In this document: one piece after another, positions 51,129-63,828 of the stretch
Position numbering within the stretch: position 1 is the stretch's first letter
Layout of the letters: every line of letters starts with the position of its first letter
NCBI GenBank assembly: GCA_036172245.1
Contig: JAYWIR010000016.1
Coordinates: forward strand, 1,550,001 to 1,614,000
Direction: 5' to 3'
DNA: 64,000 bases
Source: Raillietiella orientalis
Lineage: Eukaryota
Position numbers and translations under genes: made by a program
The notes under the pieces: generated by a model
Databases searched by the model: none
Seen by the model: only the letters and a program-made list of their open reading frames with translations
What the model was told of the DNA's origin: nothing

Positions 51129-53699
51129 CATCTCTGCTGGGGCGTATTTGCTGATCGCAGTAATGCAGGCGTGGATCGTGACAAAACGCGCCACCGACAG
51201 CCACTACGACGGTGGCTTTTTCCACGAGAACGAGAGAGCGGTTCGACAGCAAAAGCTTCTGATCCCTACCATTCTCTTTTCAGATTCCCTCGCTCCCGAC
51301 AGATGCTTCTTCGCAGAAACAGAACCTCTCTGCTGTGATGACATGGAGGAACCCCTCAGAGCAGCGGGATTGGGAATCCTATTCCAAAGCAAGCAAGATT
51401 TTCAATCCTGCTGCTCTCCATTGTGCTGCGATGGCGCGGGAAGATTCCCGGATCAGTTGCAACTCCTGGACGGCGTGAGTGGACCACCCGTTCTGGACGG
51501 GAATCGCGTAGAAGACGGGAGGGAGGGGGCTCAGTCAGCATCGTGAAAGCTCGGAGGTGTTGGTCCGGTAGAGAATGGACCGGAAACCGCGGACACGGTG
51601 TCCTTCCCATACTCCAGTCGCTTTCGATCTTGCGTGAGAAAGGTAGTAAAGTGTCGACTCACGACGACTATTTCTTGCACCCAGCTCAAACGTGTAGATC
51701 TGCTGCTGCGACATCGGTCCAGCCTTTGTGGGACCACCGGCTTGTTCCCAGTGACCGGAACGCTCCAAGAAACAGCGTGAGAGGCGAACCGGCTTTCCTT
51801 CACTGGGACGGATGCGGGATTCTCAATCCTTGGTAGCTCCTTTCACTTCCGTGCAGTGTTGCCACATCAGTCTGAGGACCGGGTTCGAGTTTCTTCAGGA
51901 GCGGCTGCGGAGACCGATTGCCGAGACGATTTCCGGACAGAAGACACCGGTCGCTCCCACTTGCCAGCGTTGCAGTTTTGATTTGACTCGTTGCAAAGGG
52001 TCTGCAGCACTTTGTCCCCATTGTCCCCGAGCTGGAGAGGCAACGAGACGATCACCCTTGAAAGGAGTGGATCTCCCTTTATCGATTTCCTGTTTAGTTC
52101 GTCATCACAGCCTGTTTTCGAGAGGCCAGTCAGAGTCCGAGGATACAGAGCCGCCGAAAAGCAGGCAGTTTCGGCTCCAGATGCGGGAAGAAACTGCTCT
52201 CTCACTCAAGCCTCTCGGTTCGCGAACGACCGTCATCGGCTTCGTAACTTCCTACCGCGATTCCTGCATCCACTGCAGCCGCCGTCTCCTCGCCCTCGCG
52301 ACGAGGGGGAAACCTGGCAAAAACAGGTCGGAGTTCACGTCTCGAGGGGAGAGACTGATCGCTTTCCGGAGAACTTTCTCCCTCACCCGAGGTGCGATGG
52401 AACGCGCCCGTGTCCCGCGCACCTTTTTTTTTCTTGCCTCGGAAAGGGAAGAAGAAAGAAACGGCGTCATTTGTTCCGAGCTGCGGGTCGACACGAATGA
52501 CCAGACCGGGCACCTTTAGAACTCCCCAGGCTCGAACGGACGGACTTGCCCCACCGCAGCTGATCGCAGAGACTCCGCGACCCACTTCACGTGTCAGTGA
52601 GCGTGTCGGAATTCAAGGCCCCCTCTTCCTCTTTCCAGAGGGCGAAATACGAGATCGCCCCCATTTCAGATGTCTTCGGACCTACTGCGTTCTCTTCGAG
52701 CCGCGCCATTTGAAGTCACCGGACTCTGCTCATAATTTCCGAAGTTCCCGACGAAGGTGGGCGTTTCGCGCGCCCTTGTCCGCCCAGCTGGACTGACGAA
52801 AGCGGGAGCACTGGGGAGTAAAACGGGAAAGGAAAGCAAGGAAAGGGGAGAAAGTGAACTCCTGGTCATGCTGGGGTTGCAGAGCGGGGAGCAGCGAGAC
52901 GGTTGCCAGGCATCGGTCTCGGCGCAGCTTCCCGTTCACGGCGGGCGAGCGAGCGCTTCTTCGCCTGGCTGGTTTTTAGAGGTCGCTCTCCCCTGGACAC
53001 TCCCGCGACCATTCGCGAGTTCTAGATCGCCTCTCGACGACCTTCCGCGCGGAGGACTTCGGCGCTCAGCGAATTTCGATTTCCGTCGGAAATTCGGGAT
53101 CGCTCCCTCCGGAGGTGGTCAGGTGACTTCCCCCCTCAAAACTCGACCACGGTGCACAACCCTCCTCACGGCGGCGTGGCACGAGTAGAGGGAGTTCCTC
53201 GCTTTCGCTTCCCGCGTTTCAAGGAAAAATCTGCACCACGCAGCAAGATGCCTGCAGTCACTTTTGTATTGCCGTTTGCATGTCTCGTGATCGAAGAAGG
53301 TGGTGTTTCGGCAAGTCGCCAAGAGGCCATGCCTGGTCACCCTCAAGAGAAGAGAGGAGGATCCCGTCCTATGGGATCTCGTGGGAAGCTGAGGAGTTTC
53401 CTCTGGCTAATTTTTCACTTGAAGTACGCAAGAAGGTGCTTGCAGAAGCCATAAAAAATGGGAGGATTGACCCTCGGAATATCTGGAAGGAGAACCTAAC
53501 GGAGAACAAGGCAGCTGAAATCGCTCCTGAAGACTGCCTTCCTGTTGGATGAAAAAAGTCAGAAAATTGGAATCCGCTGCCGGAGGGAGGCAAAGGCGCT
53601 GAAGAGCCGAAGAAGACGAGCCATCCAAATTGTGAGATCACCTTATCAGCCACCTCCGTCAGACGATCGGTTCGTGCGATCCGCTGTATCCCAACCTTC

Positions 53700-54111
53700 G
53701 GAGAGATTCCGCGGTCCTTCTTCCAACAAACAAGCCGAAGAGCAGCCACCCGAAACAAACAAAGCGGAACGGTCTCCGTGACCCCTTCCCCTCTGCCATC
53801 CCAACAAGTAGCAGGCAGCGCCCCTACCGAGGGATGAGACAACCCAACGAAGACAACGACTCAAGGGACAACCCAACGAAGCCTTCCGGGATCACAAACG
53901 CTGCGACTGTCGAAGGGGCGCCTCTACATGACAAAAGGGTGATTGCAGCCCGTCGATGATCAGAGGATGCCCTCGACAGGAATAGATGCTGCTGAAAAAG
54001 AGCTTCAGAACGACTGTATCCATCTACCTCTGTAACTTCTCCCACTGTGGACACTTCTCCCAGCATCCGAAAAGCGTCGTCAGTGACCAGGATGCCCAAA
54101 CCAAGAGTCAA
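53700..54111 (-). mobile_element. Decayed Tx1-like ORF1 relic
   Basis: TLGLGILVTDDAFRMLGEVSTVGEVTEV, then GALPATCWDGRGEG resembling GQP.TC..CG.EGH. Confidence 0.4.
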
Positions 54112-54503
54112 GGAGGAAAGTAAAAGACATTTTCAGAGGAGCACCAACACGCCAGAGGATTTCCGCAGCATGCACGCCTAGCCTCTTCTCAAGATCCCTA
54201 GCAGATCATTGCGTCTCACGAGATCGACACGGAAGACGCGAAGTCCTTCGAAGATGGCATGCCAACTTCCCGATAATGACAGGAGACGTGTCCCACCAAT
54301 GCCCTTACCAGAAAAGGACATTTGTACGGTGTGTCTTCTGGAAGTCCCTCTGCCTGGCGCCCCTTCTCCCGGAACGACCGATTCGGAGAGAAGTCCAGGG
54401 AGGACAATGAAGGGTCACCTCGCGTTGCCCGAGCGATAGGAGGGTGCCAACCGCGGAGACGGACGTCCCTGCTGAATGCGCGCCTTCCACAAATCCGGAA
54501 GCG

Positions 54504-55956
54504 GCACGCGCGCCATGCGACGCGAGACGCCGGCACCGGGAACACGACCGCGCCGCGCGCCTCCGGTGAAGTCACACGGCTGCCAGGGAGCCCACAGCGA
54601 CTCCACGCAGACAGCTTCCGCAGCTAAGGATCGCTCGCGGAGCCATCGAAGCTGCGGCGCCTCCTGCATCTCGCATCGTCTGCATCGCACCCGAGGGAGA
54701 CACCCTGACCCCACGGAGGGGGGCCGAAGCTCACGCAGCGCGAGCCCGGCCTCAGTCCGCAGCGCCGGACTCCTGCTTCCGGCAGGGGGCGAGCGAGCGG
54801 GAGGCTACCAGTCCGCAGTGCAAGCCGCGCGGGGTCTCCGCCGTCGCGGGAAAGCTCCGCGGAAAGGCTGGAGCGGTCTCCGTGACTCCTTTGCCGCTGG
54901 CTCCCCTCGTCCTGCTCGGGAGCGATGCGACGACGCACCTGCCTGCTGCCACGCTCTCCCGGCCGAAGTCCGCGTTTCCGCGTGCCTCTTCGAACTAGGG
55001 ACCCCGGGTCGAGCACCCGCGAGCGAGGTGCCGTCCGCTCTTCCTGCGGGCGCACAGCCCTCTGCGAGCGTGTGGAGCTGCTACGACCGGTCTCCCGCAG
55101 GAAGCCCGCGCGACCGTCTGGCAAGAGCAGCGGGCGGACAGGAGCCCTGACTCTCCGGCGGACGGAGGCGCAGCTTCCCGTTCGCCGGAGACGCCAGAGA
55201 GGGCGGCTTCCGGTAGCTGCTCTCGCGCCCCAGGGACTATCGAAAAACGGTTGCCGTGCTGCTCGGCGCGGCGTGCGAGGGGAGGGCACGCGGGATCCGA
55301 CCAGACGCACCACGAGGTTCTCTGCGCGTCCGCACGCGCGGCCGGGTACGTTGGGCTGCCCGGCACGGAGCGTTCCCGGGCCGCTCCGGATCGGCATCGT
55401 CTGCCCCAGACGACTGCGGAGGGAAGACGGAAGGGAGGAAGAAAGGCAGCTGTCGCTTCGCAGAGCGCGGGTGCTGCTGCTGCTGTTTGCGGTCGGGAAG
55501 GTCGTGCCACTGCTACGCTTGCGCAGGTGCGAAGAGTGACAGTGGTTTGACCTTTGCACCGTTGCAGAGGCGTGAGGGTCTCTTTCCGCAGAAATCAGGG
55601 CTGCGGTCTGCATCATCATCGTCGTCATCATTATCATCAGCAGCAGTAGCATGAGACATTGGCACGCATGTGCTCCCGCAACAGGTGCACGCGCTGTCCC
55701 TTGCCCTGCCGCCTGGGGGCACAGCGCCTGCCTCGTGTTAGTGTCGTGGCTTTGCGCGAAGCTTCCCCGTGTTTAACGGTGAGGAAAACAAGAGAGCGAC
55801 ATTTTCTTTTTCTTCTTCTTCTTCTTCCTGTATTTTTTTTTTTTTTTTTCAAACTGGAGAGAGGATATGAGATTTTGGAGACATCGAATAATTGTATGAA
55901 CGTGCTCTCATCGCTGGCAGGGGTCTTCCGTGAAGGCTACGGCTATGACGGAGGTC
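54504..55956 (-). repeat. Right arm of 1.45 kb inverted repeat
   Basis: Reverse complement of 15342-16795. Begins about 470 nt downstream of the flamingo stop codon. Confidence 0.97.
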
Positions 55957-56425
55957 GCGGTCTCCTTCGAAGTGGCACCGCTGTTACGTTCCGAATGCTT
56001 CTGTCACGTGCTCCCCTTTACAGATACAGAGAGCAGAGAGACTCTGAACTCCGTAAAGGTGCTCTGAATGCGCTGCTTTTGCCTGTTGCGGTTGACCTTG
56101 GTTTCTTTCCACTGAAGGCAGGGTCAAGTGCACATACACGGCTGGAAGGAAACACCACAAACGGAGAGGTCGAACGAAAGGTTGGTGGTTTGGAACCACG
56201 CCTCTATGGGACGCGATGTTTTCTCGGCACGGGTCCGGGTGGCTCCTCCGCTCGCCGAGAGACAAGAGACGGGCACCTCGCTCTGCTTGTTCGTCTTCAT
56301 TGCATTCTTGTGCCCTTTTTCGATCTTCACACGGACGTGAAGGTGAGGAAGGAGTTGGTCAGCTCAATCCTCTCTGAAAACCCATCATTGATGTTTGCCT
56401 GAAGAGGAGGTTTCTTTTTCTGTCC

Positions 56426-59400
56426 TTACTCTGAGTCAGGGATGTCTGCTGTGATGGATGGGATAGGTAGACTGGCGTTGATAAGGTAGGACAAATCGAA
56501 CCCTGGAGCGTGAGAGTCTTCCTCGTTTTCGGCGTCCCCTTCGAGGGGTAGGATGGGAAGGGAGTCCATCGATGCTTCGTTTCCCATCCTCTGAGGGAAG
56601 ATCTCAGGGGACAGATCGTCTATGGGGCTTTGCAAGGAAGGGGACTCGTGACTCTGTTTGGCACTTTCATCTGTTGGCCTTTCGAAAACGTGGGGTTGGC
56701 CATCCTGGTACATGGAGTACTCTGGGGGCAGTTGGCTGGCCCATACCCGCGAGTAGTACGGCTTTATGGAAGATTCCCTTGCGGTCCTGGCATCTTCCGC
56801 AAGAGACGAGAATGGCGCTGGGGTGCACGAGGATCACCTTGACACCCGCAGTCTCGACCCCGATCCTAGTTACCAGGTGAGGGGGCGCTCCTCTTGGGCA
56901 AGTCGCCGTTAGGCGTGAAGTCCGTGTCCTCATCGCTGCTGTGACTAGACGCAAGGTGCAGGCTGGCTTTCCCGAGGGAGTGGTTGGAGTCGGATTCCGA
57001 TTCCTTTGGATGAAATCTCTTCCCTGTGGGCGTTCTGGCAAACTGGGACGCTTGGGTCCTAAACCGCGAACACCAGGAAAGGAAAGCCGGTCCCCAGAGA
57101 GCACCGATTTTCACGTTACCTCGGAAAGTTGGACACGACCTCACTGCAAGGAGTGCTGGAGGACTCGGTGACCTGATGCCTGCTAGGTCAAGGCAGAATG
57201 ACCACCCGTTTCGGAGCGGAGCAAGCTCTTACCGGTACTGGCTGCTGCTTGTCTTGGAGGTGTACCTCGAAGTGGTGCTGCAAGTGGAAACCATGAACAT
57301 CTCCTTCCTCGCGTAGTCAGGCGTGTTGTAGGCCAGGGCCGATTTCTTATAGAAGGAATAGAAGAAAAATTTTAATCAGTGAGTTTTCCCTTCGTGGTGA
57401 CTGAGCGAACACCGACTACAGGATCGCTTTTACAGGGGTAACGATCCTGAAGTCGAAGGAAGAATAAGTAAAGGGAAAAATGAAGAAAAGGTTCTCGCCC
57501 GCCTGTCACTGACTTCTTGGATGGGAAGACGAGGATTTACCTGGTGGTGGAAATATTCCTCTTTCTCGTACATTCTTCCCGTGAGAGTTTTCATTATGCC
57601 TCTGCGGACTCTTCTGTTGAAGACGCAGTACGAGAGGAAGAGGTACGTGCTCGAGACGACGAACGAAGCGTCTAGGCAGTAGTAAACGGTCGAGATGCTG
57701 GAATTGATCGCCACGAAGCTCAGCATCCAGGAAACGCTGACGAAAGGCAGCGATCCTATGCTAAGCCACAAGACCACCCTGGAAAGAGATTTGACAAAGA
57801 GAGAGGAGAGATGAGCTCAGGTTCCCTCAGGAATTCAGACTTCCACCGACCCATGGTTGGTGCCCTTCCCATACCAACCTCAAGTTGCCGAAGGCTTCCA
57901 CGTTGTCCTTCAGAGTTATGGAGGCGCAGACGCTGATGAGGAAGAAAATCAAGGTAGCCAGGATGAACCCACATACAGGGCCAATCATGCCCCAAGCGAT
58001 AGATTCGTACAGCGATATCCAGCAGCTAAACGGATTCGATGTTTCGAAAAGGAAAGGTCGGTTGAGGACGGACGGGTGGAGGTCTGACTGCTTACAAGTA
58101 TGCAGTTCCGTACTGGTCCGCCCTCACCCCTGCGGTGAGGCCGACCACGATGGCAGGCATGCCATAGCCGACGAAATAATAAAAATTCATCTTGCTGTGG
58201 TTCACGTCTCTCAGCTCGGTAAGCATCCTGTACAGATGGATGCTTTCCACCAGGATCCACGAGAACACCGTCAGCCACAAGTAGTGCAATATGATGGACA
58301 CTATTTTGCAAGCGGCCTACAAGGACACCAGCGTGGGAAGGGGACGGAGGTATCGACTCACGTCAACTTGAAGCAGCTGGATGCGAAACTTGATGGACAC
58401 CACGTAGAAGACGTTCATGACGAGGAGGCAGAACACGATGTTCTTGTGGATGCCATTGGAGTTGGTTTGCATGCCGTTTCTGATGATGTTCAAGCCTACC
58501 AGGGTCACGATGAAAATCAGCGTCGACGCCACATGACAAACCAGGAAGATTATCTCCTCTTTCAGTGGCAAGGCTGTGAGGAGCTGGAGGGAGGGAGGGG
58601 AGAGAAAGAGGAGGGGAAAGCTGCGCTCAGGAGAGGCGCTCCTGTCATCCCCGACTGCCGTACCTCGCGCTGCACGACCTCTGCGACGACGGCCACAGGC
58701 AATCTCAGCTGACACGTGCAGTTTATGTGGTCCAGGTAAGGCTGGATCTCCGATATCTCCGGAATTTCCGTTCTGCAGTTCTCCCTCGACCACTTGCTCC
58801 CTCCGTCGTTCCTGAAGACGGAGAAGGGGAAATCAGAGGAGAGAAAGGAGGGGCACCGGAGACTCACTTGAAGTGCCACTGGACGCACTTGGGGTTCGTT
58901 TTGTAGTGAAGGCCCTCGAAGGGGAAGACCACCTTGTAGAAGCTTCCCGCTGCCGAGGAGTTGCCATCCAGGAGATCGAACGCAACGAGTGGGGAGTGGA
59001 CGCTCAGCTGCAAACCATAGCGACGGTACACGCTCGAGTCGAAGCGCCGCGGCAGGAGGGTGCCGAAGCCGTTGAAGACAGCGTAGTCGACCACAGTCCG
59101 GGCTTCAGAGACGCTCCGCCTCTTCCTCTCCCTCGAGCTGACTAGCTGCAGAGGGACGAGGATGCTGATCCTCCCGTGCCAGTCTTCCTTCGAACGCTGG
59201 TAGTTGTTGTATTTCGGCAGGACGAGCCAGTAGCGGTCGTCCTTGAGACCGCTCCTCACCACGTGCTGGGTGGTGTTGCCGTCCTCGAATAATTCGTAAG
59301 GGGACACTGTGTCCATTCCGATCGCTGGAAAGGACGCAACCCACCGTTTTGACGATCCGTCTGGGATGCGCGCGGCCCTCACCGATCATGTCTGTGGTCA

Positions 59401-62400
59401 GCTCGAAAGGGGGGGTGAAAGTGTCCGCCTGGTTCTGAATGATAACTCTCAGATACTGGAGGACGGCCTGTAGCAGCTGTTCCGGCCCTATCTCTGACAC
59501 TTCGGCCACTCTCTTCCACAGCGCCTGCCTGCTTGTTCTGACGACGCTGCTGATGCTCCTGAAAATGTTCTGGGACCCGGGATGGTGTCACCCCGGCCGA
59601 ATGATGGAGTCTTACGTGGATGAAATATTTATCCTGTCTGTGAGAAAGGTTGAGGCCACGCTGGACGATTTCCCGGTGGAGGATGTAGTAGAGAAGCTTG
59701 CCGGCTATTAAGAAGTCCGAACCGTACAGGGAGCGGCTCCCATTCAGGATCGTGCTCAGGTCTTCCGCCAGCTTCACAGTCATGTAGCTCGTGAGCTCAA
59801 GCTCCGACTTCTCCAGCTTCACCAGCTAAAGGAGATCACAGAGGGTGTGGGATTGAGGTCACTCCCACCGCAAGTACCATGTCTCTCAGCTGGATGAAGC
59901 TCTTGGACAAGCAGTCGAACATATCCGGTTCCATCCACCCAGTGCTTTTGTTGCAGTTTCTCTTGGCTCTCCCCCTGGACCCTTCCGGACACTCCTCTAT
60001 GGAGATCTGATCGAAGTAGGTCCTGCTCCACCAGATTCCTTCCGCTTTGTTCCGGGGACACCCGTCGTATATCACTGAGAGCCACGGGTTAGGGAAAGAA
60101 GTCAGAGCAGTGCTCCTCACCCTGGCAACCATGGGAAGTGACCTCGGCGAACGCGTGGGCGCAAGAGTCGCACTTCAGGCCGGTGATGCCGGAGTTGCAT
60201 CGGCACTGCCCCGTGCGGATGTCACACTTGAAATCCTGGGACCCGACTGCGTAGCAGTCACACGGCTGGCAAACGGAAGAGTTGGGTAGGAGATAGTGGT
60301 TGGGGCGGCAGTAGCACTCTCCCGTGGTCTTGTTGCAGTTGGAGTCGTAGCCTAGGTGCGTCGAGCAGTTGCACGGTCCACAGATGGGATAGCCCCACCA
60401 GTGGACAGGACAAGGCTGGAGTACACTCTCCTCGCAGTGGAGCCCTGGTGAACCCGAAATTCGAGGGAGGGGCTCCTTCCGCATTCCCACCTTGATGTAG
60501 AGGTGAGCCACACTGGCAGAAGTACCCGCTGGAGTGCCTCCTGTCCTGCACGCAGGTGCCGTTGTTGCTGCAGGGCTCGAAGTCGCAGATGTTGCGGCAG
60601 TTGTTGCCGATGAACCCTGAAGAGACAAAAGGTTGTTCGTGGGAGGAGTAAGAAAGGGGATCAGCAGTGATCCCACCCTAAGTTTTAGTGAAATACAAAC
60701 TCAGCTAACCGCTGTAGCAGCTGCACTGGTAATCTCCCCACAGATCTGTGCAGGAGCTCTGAGGAGGGCACCTCGAAAACGAACACCCCTGCAGTGCACT
60801 GCAGCCCTCTTTCACGTTGCTCTTCACGGTGTTCTGCAGCCAAAACCTGTCGCTGGAACTTATCCTGATATCCTGGAAATCAGAACGTTCCTCCCCGAGG
60901 AAGCCTCCCTGGAGACTGGTCACCTTGAGGCACCCTTGGAAACCATCCAGGTCACGTTCCCCAGATTCCAGGCCTCCCACAGATATTCGGCTGATGTACA
61001 GACCCTCTACCATCATGGCCGTGTACTGAGTGATCTCATAGTGGCCATAATCGATGCTTATCCAGATCTCATGGTTCATCCACTTGACCTCCACGTTGTG
61101 CCAGGAGCCGTCGTTCAGCTTCACGATGTCGACCACCATTTTTTCCGGCCCGTGCTTGTAAACGACGTACCCCTGCTCCATCTACGATGGATTTGAGGCA
61201 ACGCGGTTACTCTGCAATTCTCCTCGTGCCTACCATGAGTACGGATTGCAGGCTGGGGTCCATCTGAAAATCCAGGAGGAGGCAGTCGAGCTGGCGTGTG
61301 CGGATGGATAAGCTGAAACTCCAAGGGATCTGAATGGGGTGAAAGGTTGGAGAGAAGACCAAGTATCCATTTCCGAAGAACTGGCGGATGTGATCCACCC
61401 CTAAAGAAGAGACGAAGAAAAAAAAAATGGTATTGAGGGTCTCGGTAATGTCTGGCAAGGTTCATACGAAGACACCAATGTTTGCATCATACCTTTTGTG
61501 TCATCCGCTAGAGCTAACGGCAAAAGAAACGCATTATTGACAGAGAAATGTACACAGCACGCTCTCTGCACATCCACGCAGTCCACTACCAACTTGAGCA
61601 TTTTAAAAAAAAGCTCTCAGAGTGCACACATACACGAGAACCACAAGAAATTCTTCACTCACTTTTGGAGCAGTCTTTGTTCCCCCATCCTAGTGGGCAG
61701 TTGCACAAATAGGTGTCCCAACCTTCGATGCACTCCCCTCCATTACGACAAGGTTTCGAAGCACAGTGGCTCTTCTTCGGGGCGCACCCCTGACTGGTTC
61801 CATTTTCTGCAACGAAGCTGAAGGAAATTCGGGGATCGATAGCTTTCGTTTCCCCCCTTTCCCGAGTTGGGAACCTTTCATGGTCCTCCAGGATACTCAC
61901 ACGTTCAAATCTTGCAGGCGACTATCGATGGAGAAGTCGGAGATGCAGCCGACAAAGGATGATGTGGTGATCTGGAAAGCGAGGGGAAGGGAAGGTAGGC
62001 CTCCCAAATGCAGTGGACCGGTGAGGTCCAGGAATCTCTGGCAGCTCTGAGTGAGGGAAGAGCACCTGTGGAGGGATGAAAAAAAAGAAAATGAAGAATC
62101 CTCTTATGTCGAAGAATGGATGAGAGGGAAAAAAAAAAGTCTTCTCAACCTCGGTTCTAGAACGTGCTCCGTGCGGTTGATGCAAGAGAAATCGTCGGTG
62201 AACCTGTCAAAGTGCGGCGGCAGGCTGACGCAGTCGTCCACGCTCAGGACCGCTACCTTTGAAAGCATGGCGTTCTTGCGGTTAACGGTCAGAGAGCCCT
62301 CCTTACTCTATTCAGGTAATTCACCGACACGGTGTGCCACTGACCGTCGCTAACGCCACCGAGGGGACTGACGGTCACCTGATCGGTGGAAGACCCCAGG

Positions 62401-63389
62401 GAGAAGGAAAACCGTATGCCCCTGTCGACTATCTCCAGGGCGACGAAGTCGTGTCTCTGGTTGTAGCGCCCGTTGTAGAGCAGGAGGCCGTTACTCCCCC
62501 TGGTGGCGAACCTGGAGGAAGAACCCATGCAGACTGGAGGGAAGAGGGGAACGGGTCTCTTCACCTGAGCGACAAATGAAACCTGTTCCTCTTGTGCATC
62601 CCTTCCAGCATGAGGAAGGAACCGTTCGCGAAGTTCCTCGCCTTGAGCTCGCAGAACTCGGTGGAAAATTCCAGCATGGTGCAGTTTTCGCAGATGATGG
62701 CGCTGCCGGAGGGGGATGAGCACAGGGCGTCCGCCTTGCACAACCCTTCGTGGCACTGGTACACGGGCGTCTCGCAGGTTTCCCCTGGGGGCATAGTCAG
62801 ACCGCTTGGATCGAACCTCCATGCTCCGCGAACCGGTAAATCCCGCGGGGCAAACGCACGTGAATCCCCTTTCCTTCCTCCTGCAGAGACCATGGTTCTG
62901 GCAGGGGCTGGAGTAGCACAGGTTGATCTCGGCGTCGCACTCGTAGTATTCCTTCATCCCTGGAATGAGATCCGCCCTCTTGCCCGTGGAGCTTTTCCTT
63001 CCAGGCACCTGTAAACCCTTCGGGGCACTGGCATGAGAAGGTGTTCACCGGGTAGATGGGGCGGAACAGGATGTAGTCGGTGTTCACGAACGCACCCGCC
63101 CTCCCGAACTTCAGGACAGAGTGGCACTCCTCAAAGTTCAGGCATGGTTCTTGGACGCAGAGGTCGTCGTCGAAAGGCAGCACCTTCGGTGTGCGCGTCA
63201 GGCAAGCGCCAACCACCACCACCCTCCGCGGGAGCTCACCTCCACGGAAGCCAGGCGTCCCAGAGCGTGCCGGTTCAGGTACAGCTTTTCCTGGAGTCGG
63301 CGCGGGTCGTGGAACAAATCACGGGATCCGCTGGGAAGCTTGACGGAGAAACTCACGTTCAGGATGCTTTCCTCCACGTCGTGATCATC
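56426..63389 (-). CDS. stan: Flamingo/starry night (CELSR-family adhesion GPCR), 3' part; 5' cadherin exons lie beyond the window end
   Basis: 26 phase-consistent exons on -: 63240-63389, 63009-63183, 62834-62959, 62565-62784, 62307-62511, 62150-62256, 61901-62065, 61663-61817, 61234-61400, 60924-61181, 60710-60872, 60491-60616, 60121-60444, 59878-60074, 59616-59825, 59383-59569, 58868-59324, 58664-58811, 58362-58583, 58096-58316, 57879-58025, 57541-57778, 57233-57345, 57120-57179, 56874-57058, 56426-56817 (5118 nt). Domain order: ILNVSFS/LQEKLYLNR, VLPFDDDLCVQEPCLNFEEC, EGF, LamG (FATRGSNGLLLYNGRYN), EGF, LamG, EGF, laminin-EGF (CPVHWWGYPICGPC), HRM (YDGCPRNKAEGIWWSRT), GAIN/GPS, 7TM (LYRMLTELRDVNH), tail with STTSR and LASSHSSDED motifs. 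The last three exons are less certain. Confidence 0.95.
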
Positions 63390-63549
63390 CTGGAAGCAGA
63401 GATGCCGAAGATCACTCATCGCTCAGGGAGAGAGGTGCGACGGCATCCTGTACGAACACCCCGGCTCCGTTCGCCTGGCGGTTCACGAAACTCTTTGATG
63501 CTGTCCATGAGACTCGAGGGTGCGTGTTAGCTCTTCAATTTAGGGGGTA

Positions 63550-63805
63550 CCCCGGGGAGAGGCCACCCTATGAATCCAAGAAGGGCTCCGGAGAAAGGAG
63601 TCCGTTCCTCTGGCGCCTGAGAAAGAACCCCGGAGGCAACCTCTTCCTTATTCTCTCCGGCCCCTCCAGAGGGAGCTGCGAAAAGAACCTAGAAAGGTTC
63701 CGCTCCTGGAATTTCTTCTCCGGAAGGAACAAACATGGAAATGCTCCCTGTTTCCTCCTCTGAAGAGAACCCCGAAGGGACGCTTCCAAACTTTCTCTGA
63801 AGATG
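63550..63805 (-). mobile_element. 3' tail fragment of the SINE family, in a flamingo intron
   Basis: Minus strand GGAAGCGTCCCTTCGGGGTTCTCTTCAGAGGAGGAAACAGG matches about 12281-12321. Confidence 0.7.
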
Positions 63806-63828
63806 GAATATTTCCTCAGGAAGGACTC

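Noticed and set aside
55849..55980. Short frame ending HILSPV* as a PDZ-ligand terminal exon of flamingo
   Set aside because: Its acceptor needs a phase-0 donor but the DSE donor is phase 2, and no bridging exon was found; probably chance.
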